This document shows, in pieces, positions 52,735 through 63,337 of a stretch of 64,000 nt of DNA (within the stretch, counting starts at the first letter, position 1; every line of letters begins with the position of its first letter). The notes below the pieces were generated by a model. It was not told where the DNA came from, made no database searches, and saw only the letters and a list, made by a program, of their open reading frames with translations. The stretch comes from Roseibacillus sp. (GTDB taxonomy: Bacteria; Verrucomicrobiota; Verrucomicrobiia; Verrucomicrobiales; Akkermansiaceae), in assembly GCA_051251855.1 (NCBI GenBank), contig JBPOGI010000001.1, positions 1,376,001-1,440,000 of the forward strand, read 5' to 3'. Position numbers and translations under genes: made by a program.

Positions 52735-52986
52735 CGTATCTATACTTTCCCCATCATCCCTCCATGAGGCAACGAAAATCTCACTCTCCGCCATGAAAGA
52801 ATCGAGCAGCAAAAAACTGGCTAGATAGGAGAGGACCTCTTTTTCTTCCAGCAAGAATCCTAAGCCTGAAGTTAGAAGAAAGTTGCAAGAATCAGCTTAA
52901 GTATCAAATCCGCATAAGAACGATTTTCCTCATCCCATGAGGCGATCAGCCTCGGATCGAGTAATCAACCAAAGCCAATTTTTTCC

Positions 52987-54054
52987 ATGTCTCATATCCT
53001 TCCAAATACAAGCAGAGCATTCGATGTCCCTCGTCGCAGTTTCCTTTTCAGCACTCGACTCAGACTCACTTGCCTCCTTCTCGCTGGACTGGGTTTTACG
53101 AGATTCGTCTCAGCAGAGGATTCTCAAACCATCCTGAAACCGCGACTCGCTGGCGACTATGTAAACATCTATCAACCCGTTGGAGACGTATTCCCCGGAC
53201 CATCGACAGAAGAATTGGAGGCCGGAAAATTTTACAAGGAATGGGTGCCAAACGACCATTGTTTTGTTCGAAGCAAATCAGGACGCTGGCACTCTTTTGG
53301 AATCACCCACCCTCGTACGAGTCTCGACCGAATTCACGATGGTGAAGTGCTTTCTTTTCATGCCTTGGCACCCGAAGGTCCCTTGTCCGCTATTCTCGAA
53401 GAGGGCAGCTGGGAAGATCAACCGAAAGTTCTTCCCCCCTCGCAGCGACCGGGAGAACCCTTACCGAATCACGCACCCTACATCATTCGCCGCGAAGGCC
53501 TCTTTCATATGATTTACGGTCCCACCCCGATGCGGCTAGCCGTTTCTGAGGACCTGAATCAGTGGACGCCCAAGGGAAATTTGGAAAACGCGCCCGAAGG
53601 TCGCGATCCCAGTATCTTCATCCACGATGGCACCTACTATCTCGTGGTGTGCGATGAGGGCAAAGTCCACGTCTCGACTTCCACCGATTTCAAGTCGTGG
53701 AAACGGCAAGGAGTAATCGTCGAAATGCCCGAGGGAACCGATCCCGAATCACCCTCGATCATTCAACTTGGCGACCGCTTCTACCTTTTTGTCTGTGGCT
53801 GGGACGGAAACTGGGACAAGAAAGAATTACAGGGTGCCTATCAACACAAAACATACGTCTACATGTCCCGCAACCCATTGCTCTTTGAACAGCAAATCGC
53901 AGTGCTCGATGCTCACGCACCCGAGATTTTTCAAGACGAAGTGGGAGATTGGTTTATCTCAAGTGCAGAGTGGCCATATCGCGGAGTGAGTATTGCCCCC
54001 TTGGCTTGGGACTCTATTCCAGCGCCAGATTCTTCTCCGTCTCTCGATAAGTAA
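52987..54054 (+). CDS. Exported five-bladed beta-propeller glycoside hydrolase (GH32/43/117-like)
   Basis: NDH, HAP, GRDPSIF, PESPSI and AHAPEI blade motifs. Confidence 0.7.
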   Translation: MSHILPNTSRAFDVPRRSFLFSTRLRLTCLLLAGLGFTRFVSAEDSQTILKPRLAGDYVNIYQPVGDVFPGPSTEELEAGKFYKEWVPNDHCFVRSKSGRWHSFGITHPRTSLDRIHDGEVLSFHALAPEGPLSAILEEGSWEDQPKVLPPSQRPGEPLPNHAPYIIRREGLFHMIYGPTPMRLAVSEDLNQWTPKGNLENAPEGRDPSIFIHDGTYYLVVCDEGKVHVSTSTDFKSWKRQGVIVEMPEGTDPESPSIIQLGDRFYLFVCGWDGNWDKKELQGAYQHKTYVYMSRNPLLFEQQIAVLDAHAPEIFQDEVGDWFISSAEWPYRGVSIAPLAWDSIPAPDSSPSLDK

Positions 54055-54112
54055 AGCCGAGGTCTCTTTTGAGAAAGACCGACTCAACTCTTCGATTAAA
54101 CCAGACGCTTCT

Positions 54113-54604
54113 TTAAGGCCCCTTTCTCCGCTGACTCGGAGAAACCGGTCCTCTCATCTGCACCACATTCCGTTCATTCGCGATTCGCAGGTTTTCAGCT
54201 CGATCCCGCTGTATTCCTTGCACCGCAGCCCCCACTCCAGCCCAAAAAACGGAAATCAACAATACGAACGGATTCCAAAACACTCCCCACAATGCCAGAA
54301 CCGGCGAAGCCATCGCTAAAATCACCAGTCCGCTTAGCAGCAGCATCACCCTACGCCCCGTCCCCGGAGTCCCATCCAGCGCGAGAACAATGCCAAAGGT
54401 GAAAATCACCAACGCCAACAACGAAGCCGGCGAACTCGAGCCCATTGCCTCCATCTTAGGAAATCCCCGCCCCTGGTAAGCAGCCAAAAGACCTTCTCCA
54501 AAATGAGACCCCGCGCCCAACAAGAGACATACCAATCCAACTACGAGCCCCATTCCGGCAGCGAGCCAAAGAGTCGGAGAAATGAGTGGATTGCGTGAAT
54601 TCAT
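54113..54604 (-). CDS. Hypothetical membrane protein
   Basis: Four hydrophobic segments; ATG overlaps the upstream ATPase stop. Confidence 0.65.
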   Translation of the reverse strand: MNSRNPLISPTLWLAAGMGLVVGLVCLLLGAGSHFGEGLLAAYQGRGFPKMEAMGSSSPASLLALVIFTFGIVLALDGTPGTGRRVMLLLSGLVILAMASPVLALWGVFWNPFVLLISVFWAGVGAAVQGIQRDRAENLRIANERNVVQMRGPVSPSQRRKGP

Positions 54605-56229
54605 GAGTCGTTCCCAGAATCCTCATCAGACTCTGTTTCACGACCATAGCTCAAAACCACCATCTGACTCAAGAACTTGTCTGGGTCCTCAACCGACTCA
54701 GGATTTAGCTCGAACTCTTTCCGCCCCGTATTCTTCTCAATCAGCTTCAGCCCGAACTGATAGTCCTTAAATCGCTCTCGGCAAACCTGTAACACGCTCC
54801 GGCCCTGCTCACTCGCCCTTTTAGCCAACGCCAAGACCGCCTGATCATTCAGCTTCACCTCCAATTCGTGCTTCTGATTGAACTCCTTTTCCCAAATACC
54901 AACTTCGGAACGAGTCTTTTTCACATCCACCCTCTTCCCTAGCTCCGCGAATTCCTTAAGCTTCGCGTCCCGATTCTCTAATAGCGCTCGGTCAATCACC
55001 AGCTCACTCACTGATGTCCCTGGCAGGTCGAACTTAAAGTCGCGCAACTGCTTTTCCAAAACAGTCATTAACGCGCGCGCTCCAGTCTCCTCTCTCTCCG
55101 CCAACTGAGCGATCATCTCAATCGCATCAGGCTGAAACTTGGCATCAATACCATAGGCCTCAAATTCACGCTCATACTGCCGCAAAATACTCCCCTCCGA
55201 ATCGTTGAGAATTTTTACAAAGTCATCCGCGGTTAGCTTCTCACAAATCACCCGCACCGGCAGGCGCCCCACAAACTCAGCCTCAAACCCAAACTCCACA
55301 AAGTCCCGGGTCTCCACCTCTCGGAATGACTCCCCATCGAGCACCGCTTCCGAAATCTCGGCCCCAAAGCCCATCTGACCACTCTTCAAGCGCGCTTGCA
55401 CCACCTTCTCCAAACCAGAAAAAGCGCCACTCACAATGAACAAAATATTCCGCGTATTGATCGTCTCTTTCGCTGAATCTGCGCCTGAGCGCATCTGCAT
55501 CATCGCCTTCATCTGAGCACGCATATCGGTGGGATTCGTCATCGGCACCTCGGTCTCTTCCATCAGCTTAAGCAAAGTCGTCTGCACTCCCCGCCCACTT
55601 ACATCGCGGCCACCCATTCCCGCCTTGCTCGCCAACTTATCCACCTCATCGATGTAGATAATCCCACACTCGGCTAGGTCTACATCGCCATCCGCCTTCT
55701 GCACTAGCTCACGAACGAGGTCATCAACATCCCCTCCCACGTAGCCGGTCTCGGAAAACTTGGTCGCATCCGCTTTCACAAACGGCACCCCCATCAGCTC
55801 CGCAATATGCTTCACCAGATACGTCTTCCCAACTCCAGTCGGTCCCACGATCATCACGTTTTGCTTCTGATACTCCATTCCATCCGGCAACTGCCCCCCA
55901 TTCTCTTGCTCTAACACCCGCATCTGCTTGGCATGGTTGTAGTGATCGCATACCGCGATCGCCAAAGCCTTCTTGGCCTCATCCTGACGAATCACAAACC
56001 GGTCCAAATGCCGTTTCACATCACGCGGTAATAGGTCGAAGTCAAAAATCGACGAACTTTCCTCCACCACAACCTCCGGTTCACCCTCAACATCTGGCGT
56101 CGCCTCCATGCCCATTCCTCCAATATCGAAACTCACATTCCCAAACTTCCCGAAAAAATCCTGAAAAGCCTTCTGCAGCTCCTCAGGGGTCTTAGGATTC
56201 TTGGGATCATTTGGTTTATCGTCTGCCAT
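54601..56229 (-). CDS. ClpX-like AAA+ ATPase lacking the N-terminal zinc finger
   Basis: GPTGVGKT, ETGYVGGDV, YIDEVDK, RDVSGRGVQ..LLK, MGF loop, TGARAL. Confidence 0.85.
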   Translation of the reverse strand: MADDKPNDPKNPKTPEELQKAFQDFFGKFGNVSFDIGGMGMEATPDVEGEPEVVVEESSSIFDFDLLPRDVKRHLDRFVIRQDEAKKALAIAVCDHYNHAKQMRVLEQENGGQLPDGMEYQKQNVMIVGPTGVGKTYLVKHIAELMGVPFVKADATKFSETGYVGGDVDDLVRELVQKADGDVDLAECGIIYIDEVDKLASKAGMGGRDVSGRGVQTTLLKLMEETEVPMTNPTDMRAQMKAMMQMRSGADSAKETINTRNILFIVSGAFSGLEKVVQARLKSGQMGFGAEISEAVLDGESFREVETRDFVEFGFEAEFVGRLPVRVICEKLTADDFVKILNDSEGSILRQYEREFEAYGIDAKFQPDAIEMIAQLAEREETGARALMTVLEKQLRDFKFDLPGTSVSELVIDRALLENRDAKLKEFAELGKRVDVKKTRSEVGIWEKEFNQKHELEVKLNDQAVLALAKRASEQGRSVLQVCRERFKDYQFGLKLIEKNTGRKEFELNPESVEDPDKFLSQMVVLSYGRETESDEDSGNDS

Positions 56230-56390
56230 AGGGGAAGGTTCGACCACCTTCTAAAAATTTCAACTCTCTTCCCAAAAAAGGCTACACCGACCCCTCATCC
56301 ACAAGCATCTCCTATCCATCGTCTCTCACTCCACCGATCAATGGAAAAACTGATCAAGCAGAGAGGAGAGTCGACTTCGAAACTTAACAG

Positions 56391-57299
56391 CTAGCTTCCG
56401 CCTTTTTCAAAGTCCAAACGCAACACCTCCTTCATCAAGCTATCCGCGCTCGGCTTTAGCTTCTTCCCCCTCCTCTTCAAGGTATTGATGGCCCGAGTCG
56501 GAACCGGATCTTTAATGCGTAAATAGCTCACTCCCGCAATCGCATGATGTTCCCGAAACATCTGCGGGATAAAGGCCACACCCAACCCAGTCGCAACTAA
56601 AGCCTGCAAAGTCGTCAACTGCTCGCACCGAACCTGCTGAGACGCTCCTTCCACCTGACAAACTTCCAACGCCTGCTCCCTCAAACAATGCCCTTCACCT
56701 AACATCAATAACTCCGCCTTCGGAACATCCTCTAAGGAGATCACCATCTGCCGCTGTGCCGCCAAAGGGTGATGACTCGGAACAGCTAACAGCAAAGGCT
56801 CTCGAAAAAGCGTCTGCAAATGCAACGACCAGCGGTTCAAAATACTCTTCGCCAAGTCGCTCATCACCGCAAAGTCCACCTCCTCCGAAACAACCATTTC
56901 CACCAACTCCAAAGTCTGAGCTTCCCGAACATTTACCAGAACATTCGGAAATTCCTCCCGAAATGCTCCCAAAAGCTGTCCCAACAAAAATGGAGCAATC
57001 GTCGGAATCACCCCCAAGGTGACCTCACCGCTGCGCGCCTCCTCCCTCTCTCGGAAAGTCTCCACCAAACCCTCGCGCCCCGCCAAAAGCTCCTTCGCCT
57101 GCTCATACACCCGCTGCCCACTCGCCGTCAGCGAAACACCACGCGGCTTCCGCAAAAGCAAGGGCTCCCCCAGTTCTTCTTCCAACTTCTGAATCTGCGC
57201 GCTTAACGAAGGCTGTGCAACTGAGCACTTACGCGCCGCCGCCGTAAAACTGCCCTGCTCCACAATCTGGGCAAAATACTCCAATTGGCGAAACTCCAT
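56391..57299 (-). CDS. LysR-family regulator, OxyR-like
   Basis: LysR HTH, GVIPTIAPFLL, and GHCLREQALEVC with two Cys spaced as in OxyR C199/C208. Confidence 0.85.
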   Translation of the reverse strand: MEFRQLEYFAQIVEQGSFTAAARKCSVAQPSLSAQIQKLEEELGEPLLLRKPRGVSLTASGQRVYEQAKELLAGREGLVETFREREEARSGEVTLGVIPTIAPFLLGQLLGAFREEFPNVLVNVREAQTLELVEMVVSEEVDFAVMSDLAKSILNRWSLHLQTLFREPLLLAVPSHHPLAAQRQMVISLEDVPKAELLMLGEGHCLREQALEVCQVEGASQQVRCEQLTTLQALVATGLGVAFIPQMFREHHAIAGVSYLRIKDPVPTRAINTLKRRGKKLKPSADSLMKEVLRLDFEKGGS

Positions 57300-57303
57300 G
57301 GAT

Positions 57304-57320
57304 GATAGCTAAAACCTATC
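57304..57320. promoter_or_regulatory. OxyR/LysR box GATAG-N7-CTATC
   Basis: Palindrome immediately upstream of the regulator ATG in the divergent intergenic region. Confidence 0.65.
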
Positions 57321-57399
57321 GCAACTCACATCGCAATCACTTTCACCCGCTCAAAAAAAAGCAATCGAACCCGCCTATCTTTCACGCTAGTCTCATCCT

Positions 57400-58536
57400 A
57401 TGAACGTTGTCAGCAACATCGGATGGTTTGGTCGTATCGGGCGCTCGCTCAAAGGTATCTTCGTCGGACTCGTCCTCGCCCTTATTTCTGTGGTCCTCCT
57501 CATCGCCAACGAGCGCAATGCTGTTCGCGATATCCGCGCAAATAAGGAACTTGATAAAAATGTCGTTTCCGTGGGCAACGACAAAGTGGATTCCAATAAA
57601 GAAGGCCAACTCATTCACCTCAATGGCCCCTCAGTCACCAACGATCGGGTGACAAACCCGCAATTCGGCATCGACGAAAATGCCATTCGCCTCAATTGGT
57701 CCTCCGAAATTTATCAATGGAAGGAACGCAGTGAGAACAAAACAGAGAAAAAAGTAGGCGGCGGTGAAACCACTACCACTAGCTATTCATACGTTAAAGA
57801 ATGGGGCCCCGACCCTGTCGACTCCTCTCAGTTTCAAGAGCCCACCGGACATCAGAACGGATCCACCCAGCAATTCACCTCGGGCCAGTCCCAAGCCAAA
57901 AACGTCACCGTAGGCGTCTTCACCCTTCCTGAAACTCTCATTAACAAAATCTCCTCCAGCGAACCCTATCCCCTCAAAGAAATCCCCACCGATCTCACCA
58001 CCGAAACCTCCAACATCTTCGGGGGTGCCTTCTACACTGGCGATGCCAACGCACCCATCGTCGGCGACGAGCGTGTCACCTTCAGCCTTACCCAACCCGG
58101 CGATGTTTCCGTTATGGCCGTCCAAAACGGTAACACCTTCGAGCCTTGGCGCGCCAAAAACGGCAAAACTAGATTCATCCTGATGGAAGGCCTCCTCAGC
58201 GCGGACGAAGTAATCATGGCCGAGGAGCAAAAAGCAAAATTCCTCCGTTGGGCCGCACGAATCGGTGGCTTCATCCTCATGTCCATCGGACTGGGACTCG
58301 TCCTCAAGCCCCTCTCCGTTTTAGCTGATGTCATTCCTTTCATGGGTAACCTCGTCGGAACCGCCACTGGCTTCATCGCTATGATGATTGCCGCAGGAAT
58401 CACCCTCATCATCATCGCTGTTTCATGGCTCACCTTCCGACCTCTCATCGCGGTCCCCATCCTCATCATCGCTGTTGTCGCCCTCTTCTTTGGAATCAAG
58501 AAACTCACCGCCAAGCCCGCGACTGCTGCTGCGTAG
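57400..58536 (+). CDS. TMEM43/DUF1625 family membrane protein
   Basis: N-terminal TM, NE..AV, EGQLIHL.G, EIYQWKE...Y.Y.KEW and a C-terminal TM bundle. Confidence 0.8.
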   Translation: MNVVSNIGWFGRIGRSLKGIFVGLVLALISVVLLIANERNAVRDIRANKELDKNVVSVGNDKVDSNKEGQLIHLNGPSVTNDRVTNPQFGIDENAIRLNWSSEIYQWKERSENKTEKKVGGGETTTTSYSYVKEWGPDPVDSSQFQEPTGHQNGSTQQFTSGQSQAKNVTVGVFTLPETLINKISSSEPYPLKEIPTDLTTETSNIFGGAFYTGDANAPIVGDERVTFSLTQPGDVSVMAVQNGNTFEPWRAKNGKTRFILMEGLLSADEVIMAEEQKAKFLRWAARIGGFILMSIGLGLVLKPLSVLADVIPFMGNLVGTATGFIAMMIAAGITLIIIAVSWLTFRPLIAVPILIIAVVALFFGIKKLTAKPATAAA

Positions 58537-58814
58537 CCGAGTTGGTGACAACTTAGGCGGGGAAGGGCTCCTCCATATCAACCTCGCCCGAATTATCAGT
58601 AATTCCGCGCTCCCTGTCAGGAACGCGGAGCACCAGCTTCGCCCGACTCCTTAACTCTTTCCTTTTCTTGGCAAGCTGGTGATAACTTGGACGTGGACGA
58701 CGGCATTCAGGTCAACCCAGCCTGAATTATCACCAATTCAGCGACAAAGAACCTTTTCGCAGACCTGCCAGCCACTTGCACGATTTCGCTTTTTGCCCTT
58801 CATTACCCTTCGAC

Positions 58815-59501
58815 ATGAAACTAATTACTCCATTCCTCTCCCTCTTCGTTTTGGCCTCTTGCCTCGAAGCTGATGATAAAGCTCCTGCCGCAGTAGAAAA
58901 GGAAGCTCCCGCAGCCAAAGCTGAAGCCAAAAGCGCTCACCCAGCCATGAAGGACCCTTCTAAGGCCGTTGAGAAAGCTCCCGATAAATTCACCGCCGTT
59001 TTCACAACGACCAAGGGCGAGTTCGAAATCAGCGTCAACCGTGAGTGGTCGCCCCTCGGTGCGGACCGTTTCTACAACCTCATCAAGATCGGCTACTTCC
59101 AAGATGTCGCCTTCTTTCGTGCGGTCGACAACTTCATGGTTCAATTCGGCATTCATGGCGACCCAGCTGTCAACAGCGTTTGGAAAAACGCCAATATCAA
59201 GGACGATGGCAAAGCAGCTGTTACCAATGCTCCAGGCAAAGTGACTTTCGCCAAAACCGGCGCGCCAAACTCTCGTTCAGTCCAGTTCTTCATCAACTAC
59301 GGCAACAACGGCTTCCTCGACAACCAAGGCTTCACCCCCTTCGGCGAAGTCACCAAAGGCATGGAAATCGTCAACAGCCTTTACAAGGGCTACGGTGAAC
59401 GCCCATCCGGCGCTCAAGGCACCATCCAAGCCCAAGGCAACGCCTTCCTGAAGAAAAGCTTCCCTGAGCTGGACTACATCAAGTCAGCCAAGCTCAAATA
59501 A
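58815..59501 (+). CDS. Cyclophilin-type peptidyl-prolyl isomerase (lipoprotein)
   Basis: LASC lipobox, FFRAVDNFMVQFG, QFFIN, FTPFGEV. Confidence 0.9.
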   Translation: MKLITPFLSLFVLASCLEADDKAPAAVEKEAPAAKAEAKSAHPAMKDPSKAVEKAPDKFTAVFTTTKGEFEISVNREWSPLGADRFYNLIKIGYFQDVAFFRAVDNFMVQFGIHGDPAVNSVWKNANIKDDGKAAVTNAPGKVTFAKTGAPNSRSVQFFINYGNNGFLDNQGFTPFGEVTKGMEIVNSLYKGYGERPSGAQGTIQAQGNAFLKKSFPELDYIKSAKLK

Positions 59502-59527
59502 ACGGTTTTCCAATCAGTCACTTTTTC

Positions 59528-59553
59528 AAAGGCGGGGCACAACCCCGCCTTTT
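59528..59553 (+). terminator. Rho-independent terminator
   Basis: AAAGGCGGGG-CACAA-CCCCGCCTTTT. Confidence 0.75.
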
Positions 59554-59584
59554 CCTTTCCCACTCAACTACTACTCTCTCCAGC

Positions 59585-60289
59585 ATGGCCTACGTCCTTC
59601 CCATCATTGCCTTCATCATTGCCGCCACCCCATTTGGGCTCATTATTGGCAAAATGGTCAAGGGCATCGACATCCGTGACCACGGCTCTGGCAACATCGG
59701 CACCACCAACGTCTTTCGCGTTCTCGGCAAAGGGCCCGGTATTATCTGCCTCATTCTCGATATTCTCAAAGGATTCGTCCCCGTCATCCTCGCCATCAAC
59801 CTTCTACAATTCGGCGACCGCGAGCCATGGCCTCATCTCCCCTTCCTCGACTCCCTGCGCCAGACCCTGCCCGCATCACAGCAGCTCTTCGTACAAGTCA
59901 TCCACGTCGTCACCGCCCTCTTTGCCATTCTTGGCCATAACTTCTCCCCATGGCTCGGTTTCAAGGGCGGCAAAGGCATCGCCACCTCCCTCGGCGTCCT
60001 CCTCGCCCTCATGCCCTTCGGAGCCCTCATTCTCTTCCTCCTCTTCACAGTCATCTTTCTGACCACACGCTACGTCTCCCTCGCTTCCATCATCGCGGCA
60101 GGCTCCCTTCCGTTGCTCACCCTCTGGGGTTCGTGGCACCACGGCCGCATTCAAGACGGCACTTGGAACATCCCCCTCTTCGTCTTCAGCCTCGTCATCG
60201 GTATCCTTGCTATCTGGAAACACCGCTCCAACATTCAACGCCTCCGCGATGGCACCGAAAACCGCTTCTCAAAAAAGAAAAAGGCCTAA
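59585..60289 (+). CDS. plsY: Glycerol-3-phosphate acyltransferase
   Basis: GSGNIGTTN..R, D.LKG, GH.FS...FKGGKGIAT, HRSNI.RL. Confidence 0.95.
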   Translation: MAYVLPIIAFIIAATPFGLIIGKMVKGIDIRDHGSGNIGTTNVFRVLGKGPGIICLILDILKGFVPVILAINLLQFGDREPWPHLPFLDSLRQTLPASQQLFVQVIHVVTALFAILGHNFSPWLGFKGGKGIATSLGVLLALMPFGALILFLLFTVIFLTTRYVSLASIIAAGSLPLLTLWGSWHHGRIQDGTWNIPLFVFSLVIGILAIWKHRSNIQRLRDGTENRFSKKKKA

Positions 60290-60310
60290 GCTCACCCTTC
60301 ACCTCCCAAC

Positions 60311-61303
60311 ATGAAAACCACCATCATCGGAGCCGGATCCTGGGGCACGGCCCTCGGCATTCTTGCAGCTTCCAACAACCATGAAGTCACCCTTCTCGCT
60401 CGCGAACAGGAACAAGCCGACACACTTAACACCACTCGCGCAAACGAGCGCTATCTTCCCGGGGTCTCTTTCCCCGAAAAACTCTCAGCCTGTGCTACCC
60501 CCAGCGACTGCCTCCCCACCTCCGAACTGGTCCTCTTCGTCATTCCCACCGCTCACTTCCGAGCCACCGCTGAGAGCTTTAAGCATCTTATCAAACCCGA
60601 GACCATCCTTCTCTCCTGTGCCAAAGGCATCGAGCGCGGCACCGGCTTGCGCATGACTCAGATCCTCTCCGAGGTGTATCCTGACAACCCCGTCGCAGTG
60701 CTCTCCGGCCCCAATCATGCCGAAGAAATCTCTCGCGGCCTCCCCGCCTGCGCCGTCATCGGAGCTGCTGAGGAAAAATTCGCTAGCGAACTGCAGAACC
60801 AATTCGCCACCAAAACTTTCCGCACCTATACCTCAACTGACCTCATTGGCATCGAATTCGGAGGCGCCATCAAGAACGTCTACGGACTTGCCGCCGGAAT
60901 CGCCGCGGGTCTCAAACTCGGGGACAACGCCCTTTCCGCCCTCACTACTCGAGCCCTTGCCGAGATGACTCGGCTCGGAACTCAACTCGGCGGCCAACCC
61001 GAAACCTTCGCCGGTCTCTCCGGCATCGGCGACCTCATCGCCACCTGCTTTTCCCACCACTCGCGCAATCACCAAGTCGGACTCGCTCTCGCAAAGGGCG
61101 AATCCCCAGCCGAAGCCGAAGCCCGCCTTGGCATGGTCGCAGAAGGAGTGCCGAACACCCTCTCCATCTACGAAGCCTCTCAAGCCATTGGAGCCCGCAC
61201 TCCCATCCTCGATGCCATGCACGCCATTCTCTATCAGGATCAACCAGCCTCCGAGGTGCTTCACCAACTCCTCACCCGCGACCCACGACCAGAAGCAGAG
61301 TAA
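60311..61303 (+). CDS. gpsA: NAD(P)H-dependent glycerol-3-phosphate dehydrogenase
   Basis: GAGSWGTAL, KGIE, LSGPNHA, GAIKN, GIGDLIATC..HSRN. Confidence 0.96.
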   Translation: MKTTIIGAGSWGTALGILAASNNHEVTLLAREQEQADTLNTTRANERYLPGVSFPEKLSACATPSDCLPTSELVLFVIPTAHFRATAESFKHLIKPETILLSCAKGIERGTGLRMTQILSEVYPDNPVAVLSGPNHAEEISRGLPACAVIGAAEEKFASELQNQFATKTFRTYTSTDLIGIEFGGAIKNVYGLAAGIAAGLKLGDNALSALTTRALAEMTRLGTQLGGQPETFAGLSGIGDLIATCFSHHSRNHQVGLALAKGESPAEAEARLGMVAEGVPNTLSIYEASQAIGARTPILDAMHAILYQDQPASEVLHQLLTRDPRPEAE

Positions 61304-61318
61304 GCACAAAATCAGCAA

Positions 61319-63337
61319 CTAAACTTCCCGCTTTACCCCACCTGCTTCGGCATCCTTCACCTTCGCCGCTTTCGCAGCCTTCTTTTGTGAACTTTCCCAC
61401 ATGGAAAACGCAGCCCCTGTCGCAATCACGAAGATGGCAGCTCCATAGAAAATCCAAATCGCAGACTTACCGTCGGTAAAGCCGTAGGAGTGCAGACCAG
61501 TTCCCAGCATGTTCACGTGGAACCAAGAAAAGGTCACCACGATGCCACCGAACGCCGCAGCCATATTTACCCCCCACTCGCGCAACAAACCTGCCGCGCG
61601 GCCATGGAGCACGAAGAGCGACCAGAGCACAATCATTAGGGCTCCATTCTCCTTAGGGTCCCAACCCCAAAAACGGCCCCAAGAATAGTTAGCCCAAATA
61701 CCACCTAGCACAGTTCCAATCAACGAGAGCACCAACGTGAAACAGGTAATTCCATAAACCATACGCGTAATCGAGCGGCGGAAAGCCTTATCTTCCCCAT
61801 CCAAACCAAGCACTCGATAGAAAATATAGACGAAGCCAAGAATCGCGGCTCCAAGTCCCGCCGCATAACCGAAGGTGATCGTCAAAACATGGGTCACTAA
61901 CCAGAAATTCGACCGCAATACCGCCACCAACGGATCTAACGAATCCGAAGCTGCTGCCACTTCAAAAACCACTGCTAAAACCATCCCGCCCATTCCCACC
62001 ACAGGAGCGGCCAAGAGCGCAATTCGTCCTTTCGTAAAGACCTCAGTCAGTAAGAAAAGAAACACGGTCCCCGCCGTAATATATGGAATCGTCTCATAGA
62101 GATTCGTCACCGGAGGCCTCAACACCACCATGTAGCGATGAACAATTCCTGCCAGAATAAAGAACAACCCCACCGAACAAAACGCCCAAAGAATCGCCCG
62201 CAGAATCTGACCGGCTTTACCCGCAGGAACAAACAGGTAGCCCAGCAAAAAGAGAGAACCAAATCCAAAGGTATAAAGGGCTTTCTTGAACCACTCCATT
62301 CGATTGAACGAAAGCTCCACCTTTACCGAAGCAACTGCATCTTCCCCCGCTCGCTCCATCGTCGAGTCTCGAAAATCAGTCAGATTTTCAGCAAAAGCCT
62401 CTTCACCTTCTCCATAGGAATCGTAGAGTTCCTCTAATCTCTTGATATCCATCACCGCCTGATTCGGATCGGCTACTTTCCCCGTCAGGGTCGCTTCGAT
62501 CAACTCGCCCACCGAAGACCACTTCTCTTCCTTCGGGTCTGTGGGTGGAAGTGGATGGAAGTTGAATTTCGACTTCATCACCGATTGGTCAATCTGACCC
62601 AAGAGTTCCTCGATATGAGGAGGAAGCCCCCCCGCCTGCTGCCCAGCCCGAATGGCCTCCACAATCTGACGCGATGTTGCCAAGACAGTGCTCATATCCA
62701 CCCGCTTGCCTTCTCCTTCCGCCGAACGCAGGACGATTCCGTTTCTCACAAAATCAAAGTAATGCGCGAGATAGAAGTAGCTCTGCATCGATGTCGCCAA
62801 GTCCAAAGTTTGCTCCTCAATGGGTGTCAAATCCGCGCCCTTTTCCTTCAAGGCCTGATAGTCGCCCGCCTTCTGCATCACTTCTGGCAAGTGCGGCTCC
62901 AGTTCAGCGAAGGCATAGCGGTCACGCTTCTTACGATCATCAAACTCGATGCCCAGCGCCTTCAACACCTCCGCATTATCAACTCGAAAGCTCGGAAGCT
63001 CAGCTGCTATCTCAGGACGGAAAAAAACATCCATCATCCACTCCACTGGCCCAATCTTCACCTTCTCGCCCCCTTGACCAATAATCGTGAGCCGACGGTC
63101 ACCCCTCATTTGAAGCATCGCATAGCTAGCCCGCGTCTCCAAAGGCTTGATACGACCGCCCTCCTGCACCGGCAAACTCTCCGCGACCTTGAGCACTTCC
63201 TCAGACCACGGCTTGTAGTCAGGAATCTCTACTTGATGCTTCTCTGGACGAAGCTCCTTGATGCCCATGAAGAAGAGGCCCAAGAGAAGGGTAACGAGAA
63301 GAACAAGAGCAATGATTTTTCCAACGAGAATTCTCAT
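61319..63337 (-). CDS. ccsA: Cytochrome c biogenesis protein CcsA (System II) with a large N-terminal domain
   Basis: PVTNLYE, WLVTHV, WANYSWGRFWGWDPKE (WWD domain), GLHSY. Confidence 0.92.
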   Translation of the reverse strand: MRILVGKIIALVLLVTLLLGLFFMGIKELRPEKHQVEIPDYKPWSEEVLKVAESLPVQEGGRIKPLETRASYAMLQMRGDRRLTIIGQGGEKVKIGPVEWMMDVFFRPEIAAELPSFRVDNAEVLKALGIEFDDRKKRDRYAFAELEPHLPEVMQKAGDYQALKEKGADLTPIEEQTLDLATSMQSYFYLAHYFDFVRNGIVLRSAEGEGKRVDMSTVLATSRQIVEAIRAGQQAGGLPPHIEELLGQIDQSVMKSKFNFHPLPPTDPKEEKWSSVGELIEATLTGKVADPNQAVMDIKRLEELYDSYGEGEEAFAENLTDFRDSTMERAGEDAVASVKVELSFNRMEWFKKALYTFGFGSLFLLGYLFVPAGKAGQILRAILWAFCSVGLFFILAGIVHRYMVVLRPPVTNLYETIPYITAGTVFLFLLTEVFTKGRIALLAAPVVGMGGMVLAVVFEVAAASDSLDPLVAVLRSNFWLVTHVLTITFGYAAGLGAAILGFVYIFYRVLGLDGEDKAFRRSITRMVYGITCFTLVLSLIGTVLGGIWANYSWGRFWGWDPKENGALMIVLWSLFVLHGRAAGLLREWGVNMAAAFGGIVVTFSWFHVNMLGTGLHSYGFTDGKSAIWIFYGAAIFVIATGAAFSMWESSQKKAAKAAKVKDAEAGGVKREV

